IMG/VR virus record: IMGVR_UViG_3300042564_004221
Location: 35,790 to 99,789 of that record
Length of the DNA: 64,000 nt
Direction: 5' to 3' (one strand)
DNA from: a virus
Below the pieces are notes generated by a model. That model saw only the letters and a list, made by a program, of their open reading frames with translations. It made no database searches and had not been told where the DNA came from. Shown here piece by piece: positions 20,250-32,100 of the stretch. The position numbers and the translations under genes are program-made. Each line of letters begins with the position of its first letter. Positions within the stretch are counted from its first letter, which is position 1.

Positions 20250-21632
20250 TTATATTGTTGTTTTATTATCTTCTCTTTGTTTTCTCTTCTCTAATAGTTC
20301 TTTAACCCTATCTCTTTTTCTCTCTTCTTGTTGTTCTTCAAATCCTAAGAATGTTACAGATGACTCTGTGTCTATCTCAAGTAATTCGTTGTTAAACTTA
20401 CAATTTTCAAATACCACACCATCTTTACCGATACGTGATTTTGTGATTGCTATTGTTGCCAAGTTCATTTCTTTCTGTTGTAATGTCTTAGCCACTGTAA
20501 TGATAACGTGTCCTACTTGTGCCTTTTTAATTGAACCTCCCATTTGGTCTGTGGTTACAACCTCAGAAGAGATTGATGACCTGTTACCTTGTGTTGCTGT
20601 CCAACCAACTAATGATAGTTCGTGACACATCGCCTCAAAACCTCTCATCACCGAACCCTCAGCCTTCCACTCATCCTTACTTGAACTTTCAGGAACCACA
20701 CAATCTATGTAATCCAAAAGAACCAAGTCAATTTTAGTACCATCAGCAATCATTTTTCTAATTTGATTTTTGATTTGACTCATAGTTACAGTATCTGATG
20801 GAAGTTTCTTAAGAATTAATTCATTCTTCATTGTTTCCTTAATCTCAGTAATTTTGCCCATCACCGCTTCTTTGTTTTGAACCAAGTTATCTGGTTCAAT
20901 ACCAGTCCAAAGTGTGAAGTGTTTACGTTGTATAATCTTTGGATTGTCCTCAAAAAAGATTTGAAGAACATTGTATCCAAGATTAAATGCCGTGTTTGCT
21001 ATCTTAGTTAAGATTGTTGTTTTACCAACTCCAGTGGGTGCTAAGATAACACCAATTTCTCCCTTTGCCAAACCACCTTTTAATAATCTGTCAATTCCTG
21101 CGATTCCAATTGGAATTGGGTGTCTAAAGTCCTCATCAAGAACTGTATCTAAGTTGGAGAATATGTCTGTTGTTCCTGTATCTCTCTCCCCAACTTGTAA
21201 TGCTTCTCGAACAAGTCCTTCAACCTTATCGTAAGATTCGAAATCCCCTTCAGTTATAATCTTTTGTGCTTTATCCATAGCCTTTTGAAGTTCTTGTTGT
21301 TTACAGAACTTCAAAGCCTTTTCCTGAACGAACTGAGTTCCTTCAAATGGTGCGTCTTTAATTTGTTTAATGGTGTCAAGAACGATTTTAGCAACCAATT
21401 CTTGTGAGATTTCAGACTTTACAATCTGTTCAAGGGTGTCAAAGTTAGGTGTAGATTGATACTTCGAGTGATACTCCTTTGTCATCTGTAAGATGATTTT
21501 AAAATACTTATTGTCAAAATAAACACTCTCAATAACATCCATAATTGATGTTGAAAATTCTTTGTCGACAATAAGTTGGTTTAAAAGTTGTATCTGAAAT
21601 GTGTTCCCTAAGTAATCAAAATTTTTATTCAT
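20250..21632 (-). CDS. dnaB: Replicative SF4 DNA helicase (DnaB/gp41-like)
   Basis: Walker A APTGVGKT, LLDYID, TATQGNR, KSR. Confidence 0.9.
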   Translation of the reverse strand: MNKNFDYLGNTFQIQLLNQLIVDKEFSTSIMDVIESVYFDNKYFKIILQMTKEYHSKYQSTPNFDTLEQIVKSEISQELVAKIVLDTIKQIKDAPFEGTQFVQEKALKFCKQQELQKAMDKAQKIITEGDFESYDKVEGLVREALQVGERDTGTTDIFSNLDTVLDEDFRHPIPIGIAGIDRLLKGGLAKGEIGVILAPTGVGKTTILTKIANTAFNLGYNVLQIFFEDNPKIIQRKHFTLWTGIEPDNLVQNKEAVMGKITEIKETMKNELILKKLPSDTVTMSQIKNQIRKMIADGTKIDLVLLDYIDCVVPESSSKDEWKAEGSVMRGFEAMCHELSLVGWTATQGNRSSISSEVVTTDQMGGSIKKAQVGHVIITVAKTLQQKEMNLATIAITKSRIGKDGVVFENCKFNNELLEIDTESSVTFLGFEEQQEERKRDRVKELLEKRKQREDNKTTI

Positions 21633-21670
21633 AAATCGTTTTTGTAGTCCCTTGTTTTATTAAATATAAC

Positions 21671-22120
21671 TTAGTTCAACTCAAATCCCAAATATTCAAA
21701 ACTTAATTCTTCCTCGGAAAAAATGTCAGTTAAATCTCTCAAAACATCTTTCAAAAATGGTCGTACATCAACGGTATAACGAACTTTGGGTGGATATAAT
21801 TTTCCATCAAAATATCTATGACAAATTGTCTGCTCTCCAATTCTGATGTGAATATTGAAGTGTTCGCTACCTTCAGTGAATGATGTCTCCATTAGGGTTG
21901 GGTCGTTCATAATCGCGTCTTGGTTATCTGACATATAGATAACGGTTTTCATCTTAAGATGATGTTGGAGTTGCTCCTTTAGTTGTTTAATGTAGTAGTA
22001 CAACTCTAACGAGTTTTTTGCGTTTGGGTTGAATCCTCTAACATTAAAAAACCTTTGAACTACGATGTTGTCATTCAACGTAAGTAAGAATTCCATTTTG
22101 GTACTGTCTTGCTCTCTCAT
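21671..22120 (-). CDS. Hypothetical protein in replication operon
   Basis: More likely start is ATG 22120 (MREQDSTK), just after the exonuclease stop; the track's longer start overlaps the upstream gene. Confidence 0.65.
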   Translation of the reverse strand: MREQDSTKMEFLLTLNDNIVVQRFFNVRGFNPNAKNSLELYYYIKQLKEQLQHHLKMKTVIYMSDNQDAIMNDPTLMETSFTEGSEHFNIHIRIGEQTICHRYFDGKLYPPKVRYTVDVRPFLKDVLRDLTDIFSEEELSFEYLGFELN

Positions 22121-22122
22121 AT

Positions 22123-23121
22123 TTATTTTTTGTTTGTATTTCTTTTTTCTTTTCTTGTTAATTTTAGGAATGGTGTTAGGAAACTTACCCAAGCATCATC
22201 GTTCTTGGGTAGATACTTAAAGAGACCATCCTCCATCATCATTCTCATTAAGTTTTTGTAACCCCTATCGGTGGGGTCTATTGTATCGTTTAATATCTGT
22301 GTTACTAACTCTTTTCCTTCTTCGGTTATTAACGGATTAGATAGGTCAACAATCTTCTTATTTGTACTATAGAACTCTTCACCAAGTATAGACAATTTCG
22401 TCTTACCTGTCAAAATATTATTTAAAACTTTAATAGGTTTTTTTTGTGGAATTTTTCCTGCGATATCCAATAATTCTTCGATAGTGCAAGGTTTCTCCTG
22501 AACTTGGGGGAAATATTTAACCAATGTTTTTTCACCAAGTCCCTCAATACCAATAATATTATCTCCTTTATCACCTGTGAATACCTTTGTTAATAACACA
22601 TTGTAATGTGGAATTTTAACTTTGTTAATAACGATGTTATCTCCGTTTTTAAAGTATTCTTTTGTGTTTGGTGCATAGATGGTTACATTATCCGAGATAA
22701 GCTGTGTAAGGTCCTTATCTGCGGAAAATATGATGATTTTTTCATCGACCGCAATCTTGCAATAATGCGCAATCAAATCATCCGCCTCATTATTCGCCAT
22801 TTCAACTTGACGAACAAATATTTCTTCCAAATATTGTTTAACTCTTGATTGTTGATACAAATATGATTCATACTTGTATTCGTTCATATCCAATGTTCGG
22901 TTTGCCTTATACTGTGGATATAAACTTTTTCTAACGGATGAATTAGAATCACCGTCCCAAAATACCACTACCTTATCGTGGTTGTGTTCTTCAAGGAATT
23001 TGCGGAGTATATTCACAAAGTGAAATACTCCACCCACATGAGCTCCGTCGTTATACACGTCTTTGGCTCCGTGGAATCCTATCTTGAATAAGTTGTTTCC
23101 GTCAACTAATAATGTTTTAAT
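22123..23121 (-). CDS. 5'-3' exonuclease/flap endonuclease (PolI N-terminal, T4 RNase H-like), probable ATT start
   Basis: LLVDG (upstream of the track start), VFWDG, YKANR, EADD, SADKD, GDKGDNIIGIEGLGEKT. Confidence 0.9.
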   Translation of the reverse strand: MKTLLVDGNNLFKIGFHGAKDVYNDGAHVGGVFHFVNILRKFLEEHNHDKVVVFWDGDSNSSVRKSLYPQYKANRTLDMNEYKYESYLYQQSRVKQYLEEIFVRQVEMANNEADDLIAHYCKIAVDEKIIIFSADKDLTQLISDNVTIYAPNTKEYFKNGDNIVINKVKIPHYNVLLTKVFTGDKGDNIIGIEGLGEKTLVKYFPQVQEKPCTIEELLDIAGKIPQKKPIKVLNNILTGKTKLSILGEEFYSTNKKIVDLSNPLITEEGKELVTQILNDTIDPTDRGYKNLMRMMMEDGLFKYLPKNDDAWVSFLTPFLKLTRKEKRNTNKK

Positions 23122-23151
23122 GTCTCTTGTGTTTTATAGTGTGAATACTTC

Positions 23152-24156
23152 TCAATCCTCTTTCTCTTCTTTCAATTCAAAATCTAAAGATGCAATACCA
23201 AGAATATCTTTCCAATAGTCAGCATGTTCTTTTTTATAAGCCTCAATAGATATCTTTTCTTCTGCAGCTTCTTTACCCGCCAAGAACCCGTGTGGTGTTA
23301 CAATTATCTTACCATCTTCATAACCCAATCCATTAATGTGATTCTTCATCACAGAAATTTTAGTTCTAATTGCAAATTTAACACTTCTTTTGTCTTTTGT
23401 TGCAGTAATTTTGTTAGTTCCTGCACCTTTTTGGTTACCGAATAAGAATACCAAAGATGAGTTTAACCAAATTGCCTCACCACCTTTAGCTTTAATCTTA
23501 GGTTGTCCAAATGGATTATCAGGTAATTCAACCCAAGGTTGGTTGACAATAACCAAAGTGTTTTCGTATTTTGAATCTGATTTACGAGAACCTGAAATAC
23601 GTTGGTTGATACCCATACCAATTTTGTCTGCCAATACAGATGCGTTGTGTTGCTTTCCACCTTTACCATCAAATGTCATCTTACAAGGAACTGAACCAAC
23701 AGAATCCCATAAGAACAATAAACTATAATCCAACTCACCTTTTTCTTGCGCATCTAACAAACTATTAATATAGTCGGTGATTTGCTCAATATAATTGAAG
23801 TTGTTATTAAAGATGTAGAATCCGTCCCAATCAACTTCTCCTGTTGCTTCATCAACAACTTCTTCACAGTCAAAACCCATAAGTTTTGCGTGTTCAAAAG
23901 ACCATTTTTGTTCAGTAATAATGAACACAGGTAGAATACCTTTCTTTTGAGCATCAACCGCAGATTTAACCAATGCGGTAGTTTTTCCTGTATCTGAGTG
24001 ACCCAAGAACATATTTAAATGTCCAATCGCAGGACCAGGTACTCCAACCGCATCTAAGAAATCAGGACCTAAGTCAAAAAATCTTTGGGGTTTGTATTTT
24101 GCTGAGGTAGAGAATTTTTTCTTTACCAAGCTGAAATCATTTTTTTTAATTGCCAT
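23152..24156 (-). CDS. recA: RecA/UvsX-like recombinase
   Basis: GHSDTGKT Walker A, WDSVG, IVNQ, KGGEA. Confidence 0.85.
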   Translation of the reverse strand: MAIKKNDFSLVKKKFSTSAKYKPQRFFDLGPDFLDAVGVPGPAIGHLNMFLGHSDTGKTTALVKSAVDAQKKGILPVFIITEQKWSFEHAKLMGFDCEEVVDEATGEVDWDGFYIFNNNFNYIEQITDYINSLLDAQEKGELDYSLLFLWDSVGSVPCKMTFDGKGGKQHNASVLADKIGMGINQRISGSRKSDSKYENTLVIVNQPWVELPDNPFGQPKIKAKGGEAIWLNSSLVFLFGNQKGAGTNKITATKDKRSVKFAIRTKISVMKNHINGLGYEDGKIIVTPHGFLAGKEAAEEKISIEAYKKEHADYWKDILGIASLDFELKEEKED

Positions 24157-24170
24157 ATTTTTTTTTAGTT

Positions 24171-24215
24171 AAAAAGAAAAAGCTTGGACACTTTACCTAA
24201 GTGAATGTCCAAGCT
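24171..24215 (-). terminator. Intrinsic terminator after SSB gene
   Basis: 10-bp stem AGCTTGGACA/TGTCCAAGCT followed by TTTTCTTTTT. Confidence 0.7.
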
Positions 24216-24225
24216 CATTATATAA

Positions 24226-25086
24226 TTAGAACGGTAAGTCAGAGTCAACTTCATCATTTGCCTGAGAGTCAACAATATCTATTTTAGTTTCAGATTTTTT
24301 AGACCCACCCATTGAAGTTGTTGATTCAGTGTCATTACCATATACATAACCACCCTTATCATTATCCCATTTTGGAGTTTCTCCACGAGCGATAGCCTCA
24401 AGATAATCAACAGGTTTTTTAGAATAAACATCTAACCAAGTTAATTCATCTTCAACCCAAGCTTTAGACTGAGCAGCTTCTGCGTGTACAGGACCTTGGT
24501 CTTCATACATAATTGTAGACACACTTGTGTAATCTTTACCTGCGTTTGTTTTAGATTTTGTTAACTCAATGATTAAGTCACGTCCTTTTTCAGGGTCGGT
24601 AACATCACCTTTGTTTCTCCAAATTGGAATGATTTTATCTAAGATACCATCATTCTTATAATTGTGTTTGAATCTCCAAAACTTCGGACCATCTTCTTCG
24701 TGGTCTCTGTCAATAACCTTAACAATATAAAACTTACGAGATTTATATTGTTTAGCCAATTCTTTGTCTGACTCTTTGCCAGTTGACATCAATTCTTCAT
24801 AAACCTCATTTAATGGAGAACGCTCGTTGTCATTCTTTGCTGGGTCATAGAATTTTTGCCATTGTCCACCTACTTGAATTTCGTGGTACCATGCTTCTTT
24901 AAATGGTGAAGAACCATCTTGTGTTGGTAGGATACGTATTTTACGTTGTCCTGATTTCTCTTTGTCTCCAAGGATACAAGCGAAATACTTTTTCATTCTT
25001 TCGTCTTGCGACATTTTGCTTTGGGCCCCGCCCCCTTGTTGTGCTTTTTCGTACTGTGCCAATACGGCGTCTAATGAACTCATCAT
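24226..25086 (-). CDS. Single-stranded DNA-binding protein (gp32-like)
   Basis: IRILP...PF...H, DVTDPEKGRDL, acidic tail ending DSDLPF; adjacent to recombinase. Confidence 0.8.
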   Translation of the reverse strand: MMSSLDAVLAQYEKAQQGGGAQSKMSQDERMKKYFACILGDKEKSGQRKIRILPTQDGSSPFKEAWYHEIQVGGQWQKFYDPAKNDNERSPLNEVYEELMSTGKESDKELAKQYKSRKFYIVKVIDRDHEEDGPKFWRFKHNYKNDGILDKIIPIWRNKGDVTDPEKGRDLIIELTKSKTNAGKDYTSVSTIMYEDQGPVHAEAAQSKAWVEDELTWLDVYSKKPVDYLEAIARGETPKWDNDKGGYVYGNDTESTTSMGGSKKSETKIDIVDSQANDEVDSDLPF

Positions 25087-25123
25087 ATTTTATTTAAATT
25101 TTAATTTGTTGGTTTGTTGTATA

Positions 25124-25152
25124 ATTATAATCTAGTTTTGGGTGTTTGTCAA
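25124..25152 (-). promoter_or_regulatory. Consensus sigma70-type promoter upstream of SSB
   Basis: TTGACA-17 nt-TATAAT on the minus strand. Confidence 0.65.
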
Positions 25153-25154
25153 AT

Positions 25155-25180
25155 AAAAAAACCACCTTTTTAGGGTGGTT
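25155..25180 (-). terminator. Intrinsic terminator
   Basis: AACCACC/GGTGGTT stem plus T-run downstream of the 220-aa gene. Confidence 0.6.
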
Positions 25181-25202
25181 CTTATTAATATGTTAAATAA
25201 TA

Positions 25203-25865
25203 TTATTTATATCTTAACTCATCTTTTTGTCCACTTCCTTGGAAGGAGCCCTTGATATCGTTAACATTTATGTCAGTCACATCCTGTGGAGTTAAAACAT
25301 AATCATTTTTTCCCGTCTTTTCCATCTCATCTTTTTTATCATCAAAAAATTGTGATAATTTTTGATTAAATGGATATGAATCATAGCTTCTTAACTCTAA
25401 TTTTTCTTGAGGTGTTTTCTCTCTATACTTTTCAATCTTGTTTTCAAGAGCGTTAAGTTTGTTCATAATAGCATCCATCTCACCTAATCTTGATTCCAAT
25501 TTAGTCAATTGTCCAAATAAGTTATCAAAATAATCATCTTGTTTTTTCTCAATATTTTTTTGAGAATCTACCAATTCAGTAATGTCTAATTCTTCAGAAC
25601 CACTTTCAGTACCACCTTCTTCAGATTTTCCGTCATCATCAATCTTTTCAACATCAGGGTCATTATCAACATCTATTGGTGTTGGTGCTCCGCCTGGTGC
25701 TGGAGGTGGTGGTGGGGTTGCTAATGCATCTGCAGGGGGTGGCGGGGGTGCTGCTCCTTCTTCAGGGGCCAACGCAGCCAAGTCATCACCAGCCTGTTCT
25801 CTGATATAATTATTGATACTTTTGTATCTTTGAATTTCACTTAATATTTTTTTATCTAAACTCAT
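25203..25865 (-). CDS. Acidic, poly-Pro, coiled-coil hypothetical protein (possible internal head protein)
   Basis: 220 aa; PPPPP tracts, heptad region, N-terminal ILSE/IRE motifs. Confidence 0.6.
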   Translation of the reverse strand: MSLDKKILSEIQRYKSINNYIREQAGDDLAALAPEEGAAPPPPPADALATPPPPPAPGGAPTPIDVDNDPDVEKIDDDGKSEEGGTESGSEELDITELVDSQKNIEKKQDDYFDNLFGQLTKLESRLGEMDAIMNKLNALENKIEKYREKTPQEKLELRSYDSYPFNQKLSQFFDDKKDEMEKTGKNDYVLTPQDVTDINVNDIKGSFQGSGQKDELRYK

Positions 25866-25869
25866 TGTA

Positions 25870-26094
25870 TTATCCGTTTAATAATTGTTTAATTCCTCTA
25901 GATGTTTCTACTCTAACTTTTCTATTGGCAGTTGTTTGTTGACCAGCTCTTTCGATAAGACCGTCTCTTTCTCTTACAGTATAACAATCTCCAGTATCTA
26001 AATCACAAACTTGTTTAGTTCCGTCTCCGTTGTCTTCTTCTGAAAATCTAACTGATTTTCCAAGATAGTTATCTAATGTTGTTTTTAAGCTCAT
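25870..26094 (-). CDS. Small hypothetical protein (CDLDTGDC)
   Basis: 74-aa ORF with TATTTAT upstream. Confidence 0.6.
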   Translation of the reverse strand: MSLKTTLDNYLGKSVRFSEEDNGDGTKQVCDLDTGDCYTVRERDGLIERAGQQTTANRKVRVETSRGIKQLLNG

Positions 26095-26150
26095 AAAAAT
26101 CTTTTTATATAAATATACGATTTAAGTGAATGTTATTCCTAATTACTAAA

Positions 26151-29100
26151 TTATATAAATTTAAAATTAAAAGTTTGTGGTACGTTTTGCGGGTTTAAAG
26201 TTTTATTTGTAGGAACTGCGGTAACTATAAATTGAATATCGACCGTTTGACCATCTTTAAGAAAATTGGTTTTAAATTCAGGAACTGGATTATTAATTAA
26301 TATATCGGCAACATCGTTACGGGTTATTGTGAATACGTTACCAGAAACATAATTTGAGATTACTAACGGTACACTTCTATTTATTGTTTCTCTTCTAACA
26401 TTATTTACAATAGAAGTATCAAAAACCGCAACAATCATATCAACATTTTGTTCTAATGTCCAAGTATTAAGTGCAGCCGCTTGAGGATTCACACTAACAG
26501 TTAATTTACCAGTTAAATCTCTTATTAATATTTCTGTTTCTCCTATTAACGTAACAGGTCCTGTTTGTTGTGGTTGAGTATTTGTGTTTTTTGAGTTTTT
26601 TGGTACAGGTGTTACTTGTGCTGGGTCATAGGTGAAAAGGGTCACACTTCTTCCAATTCCATTTACTCCACTAACAATTATAAGATTTTTTTGAGCATTA
26701 GTTAATCCATTATTAGTATATGGAACAACGACATTTAAGTTAGTTGAACTATTAACAGTTATGCCAGTAGTTGTCAATACGTTATTAATTGTAATTCCTG
26801 TGATATTTTCAAAATCCACACCCGTTATTGTTAATATTGTACCACTCACACCTGTTAATGGTGATATGGTTAATATCCTTGGAGGTAAACAATTTGATGA
26901 TTGATTAACCGTATTTAATTGTTGTTGAATTGTTTGACTATTTCTCGTAGTTTGAGTTTTTAATTGCCCTGCAGAATCTACGTTTAACCCCGCATCTCCC
27001 GCAGACTTAAATCCTTTATCAAACGTTGATTGTAATTTAGTATATTCACTAATGTGTGAGTCAAAATAATCTTCACTAACATTAGAAACAGGCCAATAAC
27101 ACACATAATATTTAGTAAGGCCTAATCCTGTTGTCGTATTATATACTCTATCAACATTTGAAGATAATTTTGAAATCATAAAATCAAAGAATTTTCCTAT
27201 GTTATCAAAATTGGCAACAGGTTGTGATGTAGGTTTATCAGTTGAATTTGATATATTTACACAAGAGTATTTTTTATTACTAAAATAATTACTATTTGTC
27301 CCATAATCTGTGGTTAGTGTTATATTCGCGTAGTTATTGTTATAACCATAGAATTTACCAGTATTAAATGTCTTAGCGTAACATATTAAATAAATAAGAA
27401 CTTGTAATTGTGGATTAAGTGTTTTCTTTTGAAGTTCAGTAACAAATTCAGTTTGATTTATACTTGTCGTTACCGATGATTGAGCATCTCCCCAAGTTTC
27501 ATAAGCAACCGCTAAATTACTACTACAAGAATTTTGTGCGGCTGCGGTACTATCACCAACCTGACTAACGTATTTAGATTTATTAACATTAGTAATTGCC
27601 TTGGCAGTTACAGAATCTTTTCTATTTTTAATAATTGCCTCTACTTTAGTTAATAAATTTTGATTTATACTTTGTAAAAAACTATCAATTGATGGTAAGT
27701 TATAAATACCTTGTCTAACACCACCAAATGTTGTTTGGAATGAACCAGGAGTAATGACATGACTAACATCAGTAATAAAATAAGGCCCATTAAACATCGG
27801 AACGTGTCTAAGATTAAAATACATTGTTGGCTGTAATAAAGCATTACCCAAACAACTAACTTGACAAGTATAACTTCTTTGTTTGTATAAATTATATAAA
27901 CTTACGTTTTGAGTTGCAACATTTCTACCGTTAGCTTGGTCAACCATATTTAATTGTGTCTGAATTGTCTCTGAAGTAGCCTTACCACTTTCCATTCCAA
28001 CTTGGAATGAATAGAACACTCCTTGGTTTCTATTTCCAATATCAACATTAAAACCAACACATTTATTTGAAACCGCCCAATCTTTTTTAGTCGTTTGGTC
28101 TTCAATTAATGGGTTATCAGACGCTCTTCTTAATTCAAATGCATCATCTCTAAATCTTGAATTTCCTTTTGGTAAATCTAAATGTGTGGATGGTTGTCCC
28201 ACATAAAAACAAATCATCTTAGGGCTTGAATTTCTATAATCAACATTTAAAAATGTCCCCCACATATTGTCGGCAAACTCTAATTGACCATTAGCTTGTG
28301 GTATGGTAGTACCATCAACATCTTGTATATTATAAAAATTAACATATGCAGGTAATGGCATCACATTAAATTTATTTTTAATCAAAAACCCACTCATAAA
28401 TGTGAATACACTCATTTCCATATTAAGTGAATTTTCATTTAATATGTTTTTAAAATCAAAAATATCAACAATAATTGTATCCCCAATATTTCTTGACGCT
28501 CTGTCTAAGAACATAATATCTTCAAATAGTGTTTTGGTTGTATAGTCAGAACCCGCAACCCATTTGTCATTTAACGCTTTAAATACCTCATAATTTTCAA
28601 CCTTACTTTGTTGTCCATCAATAACTGTTTGAATAGTTCTTTCAGGTAATTGTTGTTGGTCGGGTAAATCACGTCTAATATTAGTTAATAATCCATTTAA
28701 AATAATATTTTGAAAATCAGTAGTTAACCCCAAATAAGTTTGGAGATTAGTTCCAAATTCCACACTTGTTAAGGTTGGCGAATATAACTTTTGTGTTGCA
28801 AACATTTTAATTAATGGTGCACATAACACAACGTTAGCCTCAGTAAACTCAATATTACTGTCAATGAAGAAATCTGTTATATATGAACCTGAATCTGTAT
28901 ATTGTAAATTTGTGATGGTTGAGAACCCTACTTCAGTTTCCAAAGCTCTCCACGCAACAGTATTATTTGATTTAGAAGTTGCAACACTTGTTGTGTTTAA
29001 TATTGACGGTAAACTATTTTTAATATAAGGGTTAAAAAATATTGGACTGTCAATCGCATTATTTCCACCAACATGAACTATATATGATGCCATAACCCTT

Positions 29101-32100
29101 CTATTATAATCCGCTGGGTTACCATATTTCAAAATAACATCATACTCCATAAAAGATTTTACGGTATTTGAAAATGTTATTAATTGTGTTTGACCAACAC
29201 TATTGAAATATTGTTCATTTGTTAATGAACCATCATTACTATTAATCTCCATTAAATTTCGAAACAAATATTGGAAGTTTTTAAAAAACACATTTGGGTC
29301 TGCTGGCGATACACCAACAGGAACTATAATTTGCGGTCCTAAATCAATATTAGAAATTGGTTTACAGAAATTTAAAAATTCTTGTTCAAGTTTATCTAAA
29401 ATACTTTTATCAAAAACCGAAAAGATTTCTTCAATATTAGAATAATCATTATCTATCTTTAATTTAAACGCCGATTGTTGTGTTGTTCCAGTTGTAATTT
29501 TATTTACATAGGAGTCTGGTTGTGGTTTTGATATTTGAGTATTATTAAAGTATCCATAATTCGATGCTGCCCATAATAATCTAACAGAACCGTTATAAAT
29601 TGAGGGGTTATCCATAAATGGACATACCGATGTTCCATTATTTAAACATTCACTTATCACTTGGTTAATTTGAGTTCCAAATGAAGGAACAACATAATAT
29701 GTTAGACTTGTTGTATTGTTACTTGGAGTACAAGCGGCAGAATTAGTTGTTAAATCAGCAACACCGTTAGGTAAAACAACAGACCATGTTTGAATATTTA
29801 AATCTTCAGTTGTTGTCGTGGTACCAACCGTGGTACTTGAAACTGCACTCACGTTTGAGGTAGGGAAGTTAAATACTTTTACGCCGCCATCAACACTCGC
29901 CTGTATTTCAGAATCGGTATACCCACTATACAAATCATAACCATTATAAAATACGTTAAAATCATTAATTACTTTAGGGTAAAAACCTGTTTGTATTTTT
30001 GTAATATCATTTGATTTGTTTTGTAATGTTATTTCGTTAGGTAATACTCCATCAAATTTAAAAGTATATGTTTTTGTATCTGAACTTAGAATTGGGTCAA
30101 AGTTTGTTTTATAATCAAAATCTTTCCAAACAGAATCTAAAATATCTACATTGGTATTTTTATAAGTTTTATATCTATGCCAAATAGAACCCATCTTTAA
30201 AACCCAAGCAAATGGCATCTTATGAATAGCACCAAACTTCTTAAAACAAGACGCAATATAATCCAAATCACTTGAAGCTGCGTTGGTTTTATATTTTTCC
30301 CTTAATGTTGCTAACGGTAATGAATTAATAAAAAGGTACGCTGCTTGTGTATAGGGGTAAGGGTCGTTTTTTCTCCAATTATAAACCCCATTTTGTATTG
30401 CATTAACAAAATAAGGTGTATTCAACATTGAGGTTGTTGTTTCAGTTTCAATTATTTTATTTGGTGATAGATAATTTACATATCCTTCGGTTGGTACAAA
30501 AGATGTTGGGTCTTTTCTTGTATTATAAAAAGCATCTAATTCAAAAGAGTTGGTTATTTCGTTACTTGGATTAGAAACTTTTAAATAAGAAAAATTAGTA
30601 ACTGGTCTATTTTTAGTATAATCGTAAATGCTGTTAAAGTTGGCAATAACATTCCTATCCTCAAAAACTGTTAATACATTAGTTGTATTGTACACTGAGT
30701 TGTTAGTACTACTATTACTATCACTCATATTATTTGAAACCCAAGTTGGATTAGTAAACGGATATGTATCTATAATAATTGGGTCGTTTGGTGCGTTTTT
30801 GACTAATTGTAATAATCCGTCTGACTTTGCACTTGTCTGAGGTTCTTTACCTAAATCACTTAAACTTAAAATATTAAAAGAATTTTCTGTTAAATTTTTA
30901 ATATATGGTGTAACATAAAAATCTTTAATATAATCTTGATAAGCCCTACCCGTTCCTTGATTAGATATGTTCTCTAAAAAAACTGAATAGTTTTGGGCGG
31001 TAATATTATAATTCTTAAGTTTTAATGTTAAAAATGGTGAACTAACACCTAAGCTAGTAATAATATTATTTGTTTCTGCACTAATAATTAAATTAGATAG
31101 TTGGTCCAACTGATTTGCATTACCCCTAATAAATCCAGAATAGTTTGAACTTAAGAATTGTCTTTCCCATATCTCATAGAAAAATTTAATCTCTTCTTTA
31201 TTAGCATACGCAATTCCTTCTGAAGGATATTCAATTGCATTAAAATTAATAATGTTGGTAGTATTTTGACTATCAATTGGCGATTGAGCTAAAGGTGGAT
31301 TAAACTTTTGAGTTAGACCTCTCATATATTCCTCAACAAATTCAACTTCAGGCCACTTATCATAAAGATAACCTTTTGTGACATCAACATTACGAGGGTC
31401 GGCAATATATCTTAATTGAAATCTACCCTTTTTATCTTCAGGGGTTTCAACAAAAAATTGAGGCCAAGGATAAACAGGTATCTTACTATTAACTAAACCT
31501 TGATTTTCATTTTCCGATTTCTCAGAAATATTAACTTTATCTAAAGAATCCGTACCTTGTGCTGATGAGACGTTATCTAAGATTGCCAGTTGTCTTATAG
31601 GGTCATATCTTACATTCCAAGCCTTTGTGTGAACTTCATCTAATAAACGAATAAATCCTTCAGCTGAAGCCATAATTACCGCACACATATTTCTTACAGT
31701 TGGTATAAATCCAAGACCAGATGCCGAATCTTCAAGTTTTCTCGCCAAATCTGCAGATAATGTAGTTTCATATTCTGATAATTTTCTATTTGCCTCTGTT
31801 TCCATATTGGAAATTAAAGTTTTAAAAGTTTCAAAAATATATGCGGACGGCATAATAACATTTATCTTAGTATTTTCAGTACTACTATCGGATACTTCCT
31901 TTACAAGACTAGGTCTAAAAATCTGTTTAAAATATTTGTCAATAGACTGTATGTCCGCGGTTGTTGGCAACAATATACCTGTTTGAGACGTTGTTGTTTT
32001 TTCTACATCAATCTCTGTAAACGATACATCTTTAATCATAGTATTATATGTTATACTATTTTTGATTGGTGTTTGACCTAAATTACCTAAGGTTGGGTTT

